Part shown: positions 1 through 12,142 of the stretch, piece by piece
Numbering within the stretch: position 1 is the first letter of the stretch
Layout of the letters: every line of letters starts with the position of its first letter
Origin: Microthyrium microscopicum
Lineage: Eukaryota
Length of the DNA stretch: 64,000 bases
Assembly: GCA_010405405.1 (NCBI GenBank)
Contig: MU004242.1
Location: forward strand, 345,751 to 409,750
Direction of reading: 5' to 3'
Notes under the pieces: model-generated
What the model was told of the DNA's origin: nothing
What the model saw: the letters and a program-made list of their open reading frames with translations, nothing else
Database searches by the model: none
Position numbers and translations under genes: made by a program

Positions 1-432
1 GACCAGGGAATGTCCCAGACTGCTGCTTGCATGTACAAAAATTCTCTTTAAAAGGTGCGGAAGTAGACATCGCATTCGATGGGAGTATGCCATTTATTTT
101 GTCGACAAATTGGACCGATTAGCATACCATGTGGAAACTTGATTCAGCGTGGATCAAAGCAGCTCAAATCTCTCAATCAGTGATCAAATGCTTGGTATAT
201 GCTCTAGAATAGTGCTCATAGCCTTACTTTTATTATGCTAACACGGCTATAATCAACATTCTTTATTGGTAAAGCTAACCAGAATGGAAGTATATTGCGC
301 ATATGTTCAGTACCAACCAGTGCCCAAAGTAGCTGGCTTTTCCCACCAGCAGCGATGGCGAACCTCGCACCATTTATAGAAATTTATCCATATTTACATC
401 GCCCTAAAGAATCGTGCAGCCATCGCATAGCT

Positions 433-2685
433 CTACGGCGTAGGCTCACTAGGCGGCCACATCATCCTATCGATCAACGCATACGGCGAATCCTCTGAGC
501 CAAGACTTGGAATGGCAGGCGATGAGCTCGTAGACAACGGACTCGACTGCGATAACTTCCGCAACCACAGCATCGACCGCTGCAACGGCGGCATAATCTC
601 CGACATATTGATACCCCTCGTGACATCCTCCAGCACGCGCAAAAACTCTAGCAAGAGCTGCCGAGTCGTCGGATCACGATCAACCTCCTTCAACACGCCC
701 AGGAGCAGCGCACAGGATAAGGCGCGATGCATAGCAGGCCAAGACCGATGGGTCATGCCACTAACGTTATACACACTGATCCACGCATCGACCGTAGCGA
801 CGAGGTTGGTGATGCAAGTCTGCCGCATCCGTCTCGCCAATTCACTATTCTTGTTGGCGCCAGGACTGATAGCCGGTCGACATAATTCCGAGCAAATGTA
901 CGATTTATGTAATTTGAAAATATAATGCTGGCCCCGATCCTTGAATGTATGGCAGAGGCTGAAGTCGCGCATGGTGTCCACAGCATTGGCCATGATGCCT
1001 TCTATTTCGCGCTCGCGCTCACTCATGCGTATGAGGAGATAGTGTGGGTCCTGGGAGGTTTGGCGGTCGCGCAGGATGTTGAGGTTGAATGTGCAGAGAG
1101 CGTACATGCAGCGCTCGTAGTTCCATTGGCCGGGTTCGAGGTCGTACTCGGGTGGTAGGTGGAGGAGGCCGTCGAGGGCCATGGCTGTGCCGGCGCGGTC
1201 GTAGGTGATTGAGACGAGGCTGTCTTGCCAGATTACACTCCACCAGATTTTTGCGCGCTTGTTTTGGAGTGCTAGTGGGACGTTTGGTGAGCAGCGTTGG
1301 TGGAGGCCTAGAGATTGTGCGAGTCTTATGGTTAGACCTGTGAAGCGTTAGTTTGTTTGGTAGAGGGTGGTTTGAATATACGAACCTAACATTCCCCAAA
1401 CGACACCGGCCTGGTATAGGTTGAGTAAAGTATTGAGAAACACAACCATGGCTTGTATACACTCAAGGTTGGGATTCGACAAGAAGTTCGATAAACGCAA
1501 ACATTCAAAACTACAGCAAACAAATACTTTTGAGGTCAGTTCCCTTCCTTTTCTATCTAGATTGTCGCTGAAATGGCATCCACTAGCAAGAACAGCGAAG
1601 AGAAGCGCAATCCACGTCAATCGCTTCCCGTAGATGGACTGTTCTGTAATTGCTGTTTCTAGAGGTTCCTGCGCTCGTCGAAGGTAAAATGCCAGCAGTT
1701 GCTCTTCAAACTCTTTGATATCTGCGACTCCAGGAAAGACAGCTTGCGATATTCTTATGTAATTTGCAAAATATATCTTACAGTCTGCTTCCGAAGGCAA
1801 GACCTCGGTCAAGCGCTGCATCTTGGTTAAGACTCCTTCTGGTGTGCTCCAGAGATCAATAAATGGGTATGTTGCAGATTCATTATCCAAGCCAAGGAGT
1901 GGTAGTATGGCTCCATTGACAAGCTCTCGCCAGTCTATTTGATCGGCATAACTCATGTCCGTTTCTTGGTTCTTTGCCAAGGACATGAGCAGGGCGGGAA
2001 CTGAGTTGCCTCCGAGATGGACGGTTTGGCCGGTCATAGGATTGTTGGTGTGGATTCCATCTCTTGTTCTCCGAGCGTCTTCCGTCTCCAGTGGTCGATC
2101 GAGCATACGACTTTCCATGACAGGAGATTTTGAGAATCCATTGGTAGTAGAGTTTGAGAGAACTGCTCGGATGTCTGATGTCAGCTCTCGTACAGAATGC
2201 TCGAGTCCATCGATTCGCATCATCAATTGGTCAAGATAGCCTCGAGGAACAGTGACATTATCGGACGTTGAGCCTCCTATAGTAGGTGAACCATGAGAAT
2301 TATAGTATGGTGATAATAAAGTCTGTGGTTGATCTGAGGTGTTTTCGTATATGCATACTTCAGGATGCCTTCTCTCAATGCATGTTTGGCAAGGTTGTTT
2401 TCTATCGCATCCAACTTTGCGCTTTCGGCATGGATGGCAGGCCGTCTTTTCACGTGGTTTACGCTTTTGAGATAAAATTGAATCTATTTCTGCAAATGGT
2501 CCATTGGTGCTGTCCATACTAGTGCGTTTTCTTTTCTTTTTGGCAGCGGAGCTACTGGCAGAGTGTGTTGTAGCATCGTTTTCTACCTTGAGAGTTGGTG
2601 AGGTGATGGATGCTTGAGCTTGCGGGGAGATATCCGTGGGCTGCTGAAACATGGACAGGTGATCTGGAAGTCGAGGAGGATCCAT
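433..2685 (-). CDS. Zn(II)2Cys6 fungal transcription factor with C-terminal fungal-specific TF domain (start 2685 or 2799; intron ~1338-1385)
   Basis: CHPCRKRKVGCDRKQPCQTCIERRHPEVC binuclear cluster motif. A 48-nt GT..AG intron with CTAAC branch joins ORFs 1348..2799 and 433..1182, giving WGMLGLTIRLAQSLGLH...W, typical of the middle homology region. Confidence 0.9.
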
Positions 2686-4247
2686 GGAGGCCTTTCTATA
2701 ATTGATGGAGCTGCGGGAGGTTGTCGGTGAAGAGAACAAGGCGATGCACAAGTGATCAGAGGCTGAAGCTGCGCGACATGGATGTTTTGATTGAATCATG
2801 GCTTGGAAGTCCAGCTCAACTTGGCGATGTTGTCGCTTAGCTTAAACGCGACGCGCGGCTAAATGATGCATAAATGGTGGGCATATAAACAAGATCATAT
2901 CTAATCGCGATCTACGATACCATCTGATGTTACATAGTAAATCGAAACGTGCAGTAATTTGGGCATTCACGATCAGTGCTCGCAGCGGATTATGGAGGGT
3001 AGGCACGACAGCTCGATTGTATGGGGAAGGTGCAGAGTTTATAACTTCATTTGCAACTGTGTTCACCGCCGCCTTCGTACCACCATCTCTACAACTTCTT
3101 CTCGCATGTCCATACATCACTACCGTACCTAGCGAGACGTTATTATTCATCAATTGCTCACTCCACATCCAGTATGAGCGCGCCGGAAATCGACAACGCT
3201 TGTGGGGAGCCCATCACTTATAATCGTATCAAATGGTGACTGAAGGTGGAGTAGGAGAAAAAACCTCGCTGTGCGATCATACATGATACATCAGTAATAC
3301 ATATCGGTAGTGGATGTTGACGGCTGACAATGGCGAGAATAGTCTGTCGGATTACCCTGAGATGTGAGAGAAGCCGGTTGACGAACCATCGACCGTTGCC
3401 TTATTCTTCTACAACCAGTGCGGATGGACTGGACCCTGTGGTTGTTGGCAACGGTGTAAACCTTCGATTGAAGCGCCGGCTTGCCACGTGCCGGTCTTTG
3501 CCTACATGTAAATCATAAAGGACTGTAGCACCCCTTTCTCTGTCTAGACTCTAATAGTCTTTGGCAAAGAGGCATTGATTGAGGAAAGTATCTTTTGACG
3601 ATTGGCTGCATTATGGTTCTATGCCGTATTTACCGGTATTATACTTCCAATCAGCAGTGTGTTGTGCTTAGCAGGTGGCGCGAGATTGCCAAGTGCAATC
3701 TGGCCGTCAGCCTTCAGGGTCTACTAGCGTTGAGCATATCGGACTCAACTCCGAAGAAACCTTTCACAACAACATTTCGCAGTGGGTCAGTACAGGCTAT
3801 TGCGATGGCTCGAGTGGAACAAGAATTCGACAGCGAGTTTTGTTTTAAGATGTCAATGTGCTCTTTATTTTTCGGACGATTTGGGTCTTTAGATCATGAG
3901 ATGCCACATTTTGGTGTTGTGTATGGGATGGAAAGTTATGGAAAGCTTTGAGCCTTGAAACTTATTGCGCATTGGTCCGGCCCACGTGGAGTGATGTCAC
4001 ACCCCACACCATGGTCATGGCCAGCAAAACCGTCGTTGCTGCCCGTTGTGGGAACTCTCACTTTCTCGCTCACCATCGCTTTCCTACGAAAGTGTATGCC
4101 TACAATCTACCGCCCATCGAGGTTGGTCAGTAGGCATCTTCTCGCAGTCTTTTCGCGCAATTGCCATACCCGGTCGACTTTTGCGACAAGTTGCCTCACC
4201 AGGACCAAAAAGTACGGTTCCTGAAATGTCGGAGTCTTCTCCGCTAC

Positions 4248-4567
4248 TCGATCGTCGATGAAGGTTCGCGCAACCGTAGTAATGCTTCCACTACCCCGTT
4301 TCATATGACCTTGGCCACATCTAACTGGTAGTCAGGATCTCGATACGGTTTCTTTACAACGAATGTTCCCAGACCCGTGCGCAGAGTCTAGCCCTCACTC
4401 GCTGTTCCAAAGCGAATTCTTCCTCGATGCACTCCCGATGTCCCGTATATTCTCGATTTCCACGCTTCCCGCCATCCCTCACTCATCGCAACATCCCCTA
4501 CAAATCTTTAAATACTTTACACTTACTACTATCGGATGTTTGACTAATTGACACGAATCTCGATCCC
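4248..4567 (+). promoter_or_regulatory. Candidate White Collar Complex (GATA-type) light/clock response elements upstream of frq
   Basis: TCGATCGTCGATG at 4248-4260, GATCTCGAT at ~4336 and CTCGATCCC at ~4559 resemble the paired CGAT/GATC motifs of Neurospora frq LREs. The motifs are short, so this is inference. Confidence 0.35.
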
Positions 4568-4831
4568 ACCTTCTATTCCTTCCTAATTCCAAGGTGCCAA
4601 TCCCATACTTCATAATGCCCTGTCTGTCTATGCGCGCTCAGAATTCTCTGTCTACGCCTTCAGCTGCCTGATTACACTTGGATCACATTATCTACGACAC
4701 CCAGAAAGTAAATCTTCTGCAACACTTGCAATTGCTGGTCTCGTATTACTGGACACTCATGGATATCTAACGGACATCTCTATGCCCACTTTACTTTCAC
4801 CTAAAACTTTCCTTTTTTGTCCTTTCTAGTC

Positions 4832-7800
4832 ATGGACGAGACGACTTCTCAGAGTTCGCAAAAGTCCACGGCCCAAAATCCTCGAAGAAAACCTGCCGCC
4901 CAATCCGTATCTTTAAAACATCACAATGAAAATCCAGCACCCCAGCTTCGTAAACCTCCTCTCAATCGAAATGAATCCTCCGCATCCAGTTTGGAGGTCT
5001 CCATCGCCTCACATCCTCATAGCCGGCCCGGATATCAAAAAGATTCCTCCGGTGAAAGCAGCAACGCAGAGAAGTGGTTTGAAAAGTCAAACAACAATGT
5101 ACTGAGAGGCAACGCGCCTTTCGACTGTGGTCAGTGATACGGATCCATCTCCCTCACGTTTTCTGATTTGGATTATAGATGAGCCGCCGTTCTTTCTACG
5201 CAATGGATCCTCCGAAAATACGCCTCATGATGTTTCTCCACAAGTCCGCCCTCAACAACAACTGACGAATACTATGTTCAACTCCATTCCCGAAACAGGT
5301 AGCGGCTCGGAAGATTTCCGTAGTGTCATCGACGACTTGACAATTGAGAACAAGCGACTTAAAAGAAGACTCAAAAAGTTCGAACGCCAGCAGAATTCTC
5401 ACCTAGACCCAGAAGCACTCTTCGAGGTTCGAGTACATGGTCTCTCTGCGGACAAGAAGTCGGAACTTGAGGAGTTACTGCGCAACTTTGTTTCCAAAGT
5501 TGATCGAACTTCACAATCAACCACAAAAATGTCAAGCAGTGGTTATGGCCAGCCAGCAAGTCTACTTCGAGACCAGTCAGGTTCATCTTACTCAAGAATT
5601 GGGGATTCGGGTTATCATTCTTTGTCAGCAACCGGACAGAACTCTTCCAGCATGTCTGGTCAAGTCAAATCTGCAATGCCAAGAGCTTCAGTCCAGGATC
5701 GTAAAATGGAAATTCAAAGCTATTTGCTTGATATTCCTGTTGGACTCTTGCCTCACCATTCTGGTCCTTTAGCCGACAAAGAGAAAAAGAAGCTTATTGT
5801 GAGACGGCTTGAACAGCTCTTCGCGGGCCGGGACCCGTCGTCTAGTGGTCATCAACTTCCAATCCAGCAGGATGATATTGCTCAACTAGCCGCTCGCGCC
5901 GATCGCCGGCCAGTAGGGTCAGGAAGTGGAAAGGTTGCTGCGGAGGGGTCAAGAGAAGCACGGATCATGAGAAAGAAGGCGGAAGCAGAAGCGGCAGGTC
6001 GAGGGAAGAAGTCGGTTGATGCGACAGAATCGGGAGGCAAATCCGACAGGTCGAGTAGAAGCAGTGAGGACGATGGACTTGTTGAGCAGAGGCCTACCCG
6101 GCCATTGGATCTGGATCCATATCGTGCCCAAATTCCTGCTGAGAATATGGAATATATCAGGCATCTTGGTTTCTCTCCACCAGAGTTTGAATCAATGAAT
6201 GCGCAGACGGATGGACATGGCTGGATTTACTTGAATGTCCTTCACAATATGGCCCAACTACATCTCTCAAATGTCACTGTTGATTTTGTTCGGAAGGCTG
6301 TGGCTGAATACAGCCGAAAGCTGGAAATTTCTGAAGATGGAAGAAAACTCCGCTGGAGGGGTGGTCAAGATGTGACTCGAGGTAGTAGCAATAATTCGCC
6401 AGATCAAGTCACCCAATCCGATGATGCCCCCCAGTCCAAACGTCTCGGCGAAACAAGCTCCTACCTGACCCACGAAGGATCCAGGTCCGTCCTACAAGGA
6501 AAACAGTTTAAGCATGCCTACTCGCCACTGTTCCATCGCGAAGGCTTCGAAACCGAAGACGGAAGCGAGCAAGACATGCAATATCAGCTCTCTTTGATAC
6601 CTGGTGCCTCTTCTGGAGTTGCAGGCGGTTCAACACCCGCCCAAAAATCGCGAGATGATGCTCCTATAGTCTTTTACAGCAACGTTGGTTTTTATACCGA
6701 CTTGAGTCGAGACACTGATGGCATGCGTCGGACAAAAGGCGAGGGTGGTGCATACAATCGTATTTCCGCAGACCCAATGGGAGCCAAGAATGAGGAAGCC
6801 AATCTGCACCATCTAGAAAACCTTCGCAAGTTGGACTATGAAAAAGGGCCATTATCACAAACGATCCTACAGCAACACAAGGCTGGTAGCTCACTTTCAA
6901 GTGACAGTGTTCATATGGTCAAAACATCTCGTCAGAGTGATTCCTCGCCTGACTCTCAAGATGTCATGGATTTTGAAGCTTCTGGAATCGGCGGAATTGA
7001 ACCAGCAGACAACTTTGCCATCAGTGTTCGGACCCGACAAAATCAGAAAGACGTTACTATGACCGAAGGCGCCGATACTCCCAACGCAAACAGACGAAAG
7101 GCCTATCCCATGGGCATTCGAAGGGCTTTACAAAAGACGGCTTCGATAACTCGAGGCTCAGCATCACCTCAAATCAAACCTTCCCGCATGCGATCCGTTG
7201 TCCAACGCGATATCATCACAAGCAAAAAACGCGAGCTTCCAGCCTCCCGTCTCCCCGAAGGAACTTTTTTCCACAACAGCTCCGATGAAGAAGACGACGA
7301 GAGCGACGAGGAAACAGAAGATGACATGATGGACTTTGGAGACGCCGACGATTCCACCTCCGACGACATGCCCATCACCGCACCCCAACGCATGGACTGG
7401 GCAACAATGATGCCCCAATCATCCGACTCTGAAGACGAAGAAGACGATGACGACATGAGCAAACGAGCCGCAGCGCCAAACCAAGGGGACCAAGATTCCA
7501 GCGACGACGATTCTATGGACCTACTTGCGACAGCACGCGCCATTGACCCTGAAGCTGTTCGCGTCGGCGAACGCGAGTTCTCGAGCAACAAGGCCGATCG
7601 ACTAGCTGATCTTATCCCTGCGGGCAGTTCTGCGGCAACTGCTGAAGGTGGCTCGGGATTCAATAGTCCAGCTCTGATCAAGGTGCCCCAAAGTATTGAT
7701 ACCATTGCCGCAAGTACTGGGCCTGCGCCAACTGGAGCCTCAGCACGCACGGCAGATGCACAACAGAGACGAGTTATGAGTTTGAAGAGAAACAGACAGA

Positions 7801-7871
7801 GTGACGACAGTGAGAAACTACGGGGCTCACGAGCAACAAAGAGCCCGAAAATTGAAGGATCCAGCGATTGA
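4832..7871 (+). CDS. frq: Circadian clock protein FREQUENCY (exon 4832-5129, intron 5130-5178, exon 5179-7871)
   Basis: NPRR..SVSLKHH, SSGES..WF..SN, EPPFF, coiled coil FRSVIDDLTIENKRLK, LFEVRVHGL, KKKLIVRRLEQLF, EQRPTRPLDLDP, GWIYLN..NMAQLH..NVT, KLRWRGG, ASGIGG..PADNF, acidic PEST tracts and SSAATAEGGSG are all FRQ hallmarks. Confidence 0.96.
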
Positions 7872-8216
7872 AACTGATATATGAGGTTTCAAATGTTGGA
7901 AAGGCACGACATGACATTTCACGATACTTAGCCTCGTTGAGAGGAATGCATAATCCGGCGTAAAAAGATGAGCAATATTGGTTTTCGATTTTAGACATTG
8001 AATTGTCTTGTTTAGTTACGGATACCCCCAACAACGAGTTTTTGAAATTTATGAAGAAATAGCAATGTTAACAATGTTTACAATTTACTTTGTATGGTGG
8101 AATAGAGTGTTGGTACAATGCAACAAACAATAATTGAATATTGAATAGTACAATCGAGATCTCTGTAATTTGGAGTGCCACACAAATTTAGATTATTGAG
8201 AAATGACTATCCCGAG

Positions 8217-8330
8217 GATGATCGGGATCGTGATGCCATTACGATTCCTGGTGGCGAGGCTGTCGCCCCTGTCCCTTTCGAAACTGGAGAGTTACTCTAC
8301 ATCGTGATCGATTTCATGATCGTGATTCTG
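8217..8330. promoter_or_regulatory. Dense GATC/CGAT cluster 3' of frq; candidate antisense (qrf-like) light-response element
   Basis: GATGATCGGGATCGTGATG and ATCGTGATCGATTTCATGATCGTGAT, with ATCGTGAT repeated three times, ~350-460 nt after the frq stop. Confidence 0.35.
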
Positions 8331-8438
8331 ATTTACTAGCGTTTGCCTTTGGCCTTGGCTTCGTTTCACAACGAGTACATCGCATGGTTCTTCCATCACT
8401 TATTCATGCTCGTATCGAGCAAAGCCCACACCCCTTTC

Positions 8439-9140
8439 TCATCGCTGTCGTCCATCCAGTTCATCGCCCACCGTCTTCGCCTCCTCCAGCTGCCCAATCG
8501 TCCCCGCCATCCCCGTCTTCAATTCCACCAGTCCCTGAACTCCGCGCGCATACGTACTCTGTACCTCATCCCATCTCCTCAACTCGCCCACTAAATCTAG
8601 CGCCGGTTGTTCGGCGTCTTCCGTCTTGATATCCCCGTCCTCCGCTCCACCATCCGTCTCCTCACCCCTCTCCTCCGCCGACCCACTCCCCTCCCACTCC
8701 TCCCTAAACCTCTGCGCCGCAGCCTCCGGCCCAGTGCGTCTATACCCCGCCACCTTCAACAGCAACCTCTCCTTCTTGCGCTCCAATTCTCTCAACTTAT
8801 CCGCCACCCCAGCGTCCAGCGGCTCAATTTCCTCCTCCTCCTGCCCTTGGCCACCATCCATTTCATTTTCTGCGAATGTCATATCCACGCCGTTGACTGC
8901 TACGTTTGCGCGCGCACTCTGGTATGTAGTTGCAAGAAAAGTTTGGAGTAACGCGTCGACGCGCGCGCGTAGTTCATCGTCTGTGTCGGAGTTGGGGAAG
9001 GCGGTGGCGAGACGTGTTTGTGCGGCGGCGGATCCGAGGGTGCGGAGATGGGTCCAGTCGTGGGGGGATTGGAGTTCTATTTTGCGGTAGTTTGATGTTG
9101 AGGGGTCTTGGGAGGTGGGGATGTGGGTTGTGGGTGGCAT
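8439..9140 (-). CDS. NSL1: Kinetochore MIS12/MIND complex subunit Nsl1/Mis14-like
   Basis: N-terminal RKIELQSP.D..HL motif, NVAVNG, EPLD...LLLKVAGYRRTGP and C-terminal coiled coil match fungal Mis14-family proteins. Confidence 0.75.
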   Translation of the reverse strand: MPPTTHIPTSQDPSTSNYRKIELQSPHDWTHLRTLGSAAAQTRLATAFPNSDTDDELRARVDALLQTFLATTYQSARANVAVNGVDMTFAENEMDGGQGQEEEEIEPLDAGVADKLRELERKKERLLLKVAGYRRTGPEAAAQRFREEWEGSGSAEERGEETDGGAEDGDIKTEDAEQPALDLVGELRRWDEVQSTYARGVQGLVELKTGMAGTIGQLEEAKTVGDELDGRQR

Positions 9141-9543
9141 TGTTGTGGTTCGTGGAGATGGATTTTTTCGCGTAGATTTCTTAGGTAACTCGTAGTAGTA
9201 GATGGTGCGGTTTTGCTCGTATGATTGTGTGCTGGTTGTGTGGTATGGGCGCGTTTGGGAATTGTTGTCGTGATGGTTGTTGTCTCAATGGGGAAGGATG
9301 TTTTGAAGTTCAAGGAGATCTGGGGGTGGATGAGTAAGCGACTTGGCCGAAGATCAGGGGTCTGTGCTTTGAGCATCCAGACTTTTTTCCAAGTTCATCT
9401 TCAATTGATGGGAGCAATATGCTTCAAGCTCTACACTTCACATCATCCCAATTACAACCAAAGGTCCGCATAATACCTTCTCCAAGCGCTTGACCCGATG
9501 ATATAGCACCATCGCCTCCGTATCCCCACCTCGTCCGCCCATA

Positions 9544-10818
9544 ATGGCATCCATTGGCATCCTCCCAAAAGCCAACTACAAAACCCTTCTCGGCGTCGTC
9601 GTCAACGCCCCACGCACAAATACCATCCGCGTACGCATACCGCACAAAACATGGGACAATAAACTCAAGAAATACTACAATGAGCCTATCCACCTGCTCG
9701 CCAACGACCCCAACAACTCCTCCGCAACAGGCGATGTCGTCAAGATCCGCGATCAATGGCGCGTGTCAGCAGGCGTCAAGCATGTGCTCACTGATATCGT
9801 CTCGCCCTTTGGTATACCGCTGGATAAGAGACGACCGATTCCTACTGAAGCGGAGAGACAGGCTGCCAGGGCCGAGAAGAGACGGAAGAAAGATTTAAAG
9901 CAGGCAGAGAAGCAGAGAATAGTGGCGATTAAGAGATTGGCCAAGGGAAAGAAACTGCAGAAAAAGGAAGTAAGGGAGACGGAACTAGCAGAGAAGATGT
10001 TGAACAAGGTTGAGAGGGATGAGGGTGTGCTCAAAGAACATGTTCTCCGCCTCCTTTTCGCAGAAAACGATCTCAATCGCATCGAGGAACGTGTCCGGGA
10101 CGTCATAAAACTACAGCTACCGGATTCCCATCAGTGGGCTCTGGATGAAAGTTGTGTCGATTGCTTGACGCTGATGGTCGCGCTGCAACATGCACAAGCC
10201 AAGCAGACAACCATTGGAGAGACGATGCCTCTGCGCGCGGGCAAGAGCATAGATACGCCCGCGGTCCAGTACAACCGAAAAGTCGCTGCATTACAAGGGA
10301 CTTTGGCATCTCAGTTTCGTGGACCGATTCTTGATAAATGGGTGCGCGATATTGAGGGCTCAACGCACGATTTCAAAGTCACGAACGCAATGTCTTCATT
10401 ACGGAGACGATTGACAAAGAGCTGGGAGTCACATGTGTTTGAGACCAAGAATGAGAACGCCGAGGCGGCGAGAAACGAGACGAAGCATCACCAGGGAGCT
10501 GCTCAAGCTATGGCGGCAAAGATCGGTGGTCGCAAAGATTGGCCAAAGATCTTTGAGGAGCATGACGCGATCTATAAAGAGTACAAGTACCAGGAAGATT
10601 TGAAAGAGCAGGCGATTCAGGAAAAGGAAGGCAAGCTGAGGGCCGAAGCACAGGAGCGCTCACAGGCGATTCAGGAAAAGGAAGGCAAGCTGAGGGCCGA
10701 AGCACAGGAGCGCTCACAGGCGGAACAGGAGAGGGAAACTAAGTTGAGGGTCGAAGCATGGGAGCGTGAGCTAGAGGCGGAAGTTGAAGAGGAAGAGTCA
10801 AGAAAGACGAAGTCATAG
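9544..10818 (+). CDS. MRPS17: Mitochondrial ribosomal protein uS17m with long charged C-terminal extension
   Basis: S17 OB-fold: GVVV...TIRVR...W...KKYY...LLA.DPNNS..TGDVVKI...RVS..VKHVLTDIVSPFG.P...R.PIPT. Confidence 0.8.
   Translation: MASIGILPKANYKTLLGVVVNAPRTNTIRVRIPHKTWDNKLKKYYNEPIHLLANDPNNSSATGDVVKIRDQWRVSAGVKHVLTDIVSPFGIPLDKRRPIPTEAERQAARAEKRRKKDLKQAEKQRIVAIKRLAKGKKLQKKEVRETELAEKMLNKVERDEGVLKEHVLRLLFAENDLNRIEERVRDVIKLQLPDSHQWALDESCVDCLTLMVALQHAQAKQTTIGETMPLRAGKSIDTPAVQYNRKVAALQGTLASQFRGPILDKWVRDIEGSTHDFKVTNAMSSLRRRLTKSWESHVFETKNENAEAARNETKHHQGAAQAMAAKIGGRKDWPKIFEEHDAIYKEYKYQEDLKEQAIQEKEGKLRAEAQERSQAIQEKEGKLRAEAQERSQAEQERETKLRVEAWERELEAEVEEEESRKTKS
10609..10722 (+). repeat. Perfect 54-nt tandem duplication inside uS17m (QAIQEKEGKLRAEAQERS x2)
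   Basis: Identical units at 10609-10662 and 10663-10716, followed by a degenerate third unit. Confidence 0.95.
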
Positions 10819-11064
10819 ATTTTATGGCAATTGTAAATGTTACTTGATCGTCAATTTGGCATCAGTTGAAAGCAAGATCTGTACACAATATATGTAGAAA
10901 TATCACCTCATCATAGAAATCGGCTCTCTTTTTGCATAGCTGTGCAGGTCACTTTCTTATCATGGTAAGTCATGTCCTACATCATTCTATTCGATTGACA
11001 ACAGCTAATATCAACTAGACATCGAGACATCCATTCTTCATGACCCGACACTGACATGCGTCCC

Positions 11065-12142
11065 TCAAGCACCAACCTCCTTCAACGACTTGACAGTATC
11101 AACAACACTCTTCTCCAAGCTAACCCACTTAATCCCCAAAATCTTCTCACACCGACTATTATCAATCCCATATTTCTTCGATGGATAATCACCCCCTTTC
11201 CAACTCTCCGGCGGTAACTGATCCGCATACTCCTCAAAGTTCTTACGAATAATCTGCACGACCTCTTTATTCGAGAAATATCCAGCCGTAGTAAAGAATC
11301 TCTTATTCGCCGCCTCATCCCTCTCCATCGCATTCACATGCGCCTCCGCCACATCTCTCACATCAACCCAGATATACGGGTTCGGTGTCTCACTATCATC
11401 CATGTCCTTGGACTTGCCTTGAATGAAATTGCGGATGCGCTCGTTGGACGTGTTGAGCGCGTCGAGGCTGTTGAGGTGGTGGACGATGGGGCCGAGGACA
11501 AGGGGTGGGTTTATGGTGGCTATGGTGAAGTTTGGCTTTTCCTTCTCGATGAAATCCCAGGAGGCGCGTTCGGCGAAGGTTTTGGAGGCCCGGTAGCCAT
11601 TGGCGGGATTCAGAACGGCTTCAGATTCGGTGATTGGGTTCCAGTCGGACTCGGAGTATATGTGTTCGGGCCAGGCGCCTTTGGATGGGTTGATTATTGA
11701 GGCGAAGGAGGAGGTTATCACTACTCGTTTAATTGTAGGTGCGTGTGCTTTTATGGACTTCAAAATCCCTGGATATGAGTCAATTTCACTTTCTTGAAAT
11801 GGGAAAATGGGGATTTGTACCAGTCGTGCCGATGATGGCAGGATCGAGGAGTTGTTTCTGTACATCGGTGACGTTGAAGTGGAATGGGCTGGCTGTATGG
11901 AGGACAGCTTCGAATGGTGGATCAGAGACGACTGCTTTCTCGAAAGCGCCTTCTTGGGCAATATCCTCAACAATAGTAAATGAGAGCTTGTCCTTGCCGA
12001 CATTGGGGTAAGCTTCTGAGATCTTGTCGGCTTTGGCTTGGCTACGGACTGTGGTGACGACGGAGTGGCCTCGTTTAAGGAGAAGTTCGAGAGTATGAGC
12101 GGCGATGAAACCGCTTCCACCTGTGAGAAGAACTCGAGTCAT
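11065..12142 (-). CDS. NADPH-dependent aldehyde/methylglyoxal reductase, extended SDR (GRE2-like); intron ~11769-11820
   Basis: VLLTGGSGFIA Rossmann motif, VLHTASPF, VVITSSFA, catalytic YRASK, VDVRDVAEAH. Confidence 0.92.

Noticed and set aside
7169..7750. 193-aa antisense ORF within frq as a protein-coding qrf
   Set aside because: Ser-rich mirror of the acidic GAY/GAR codons; a shadow ORF.
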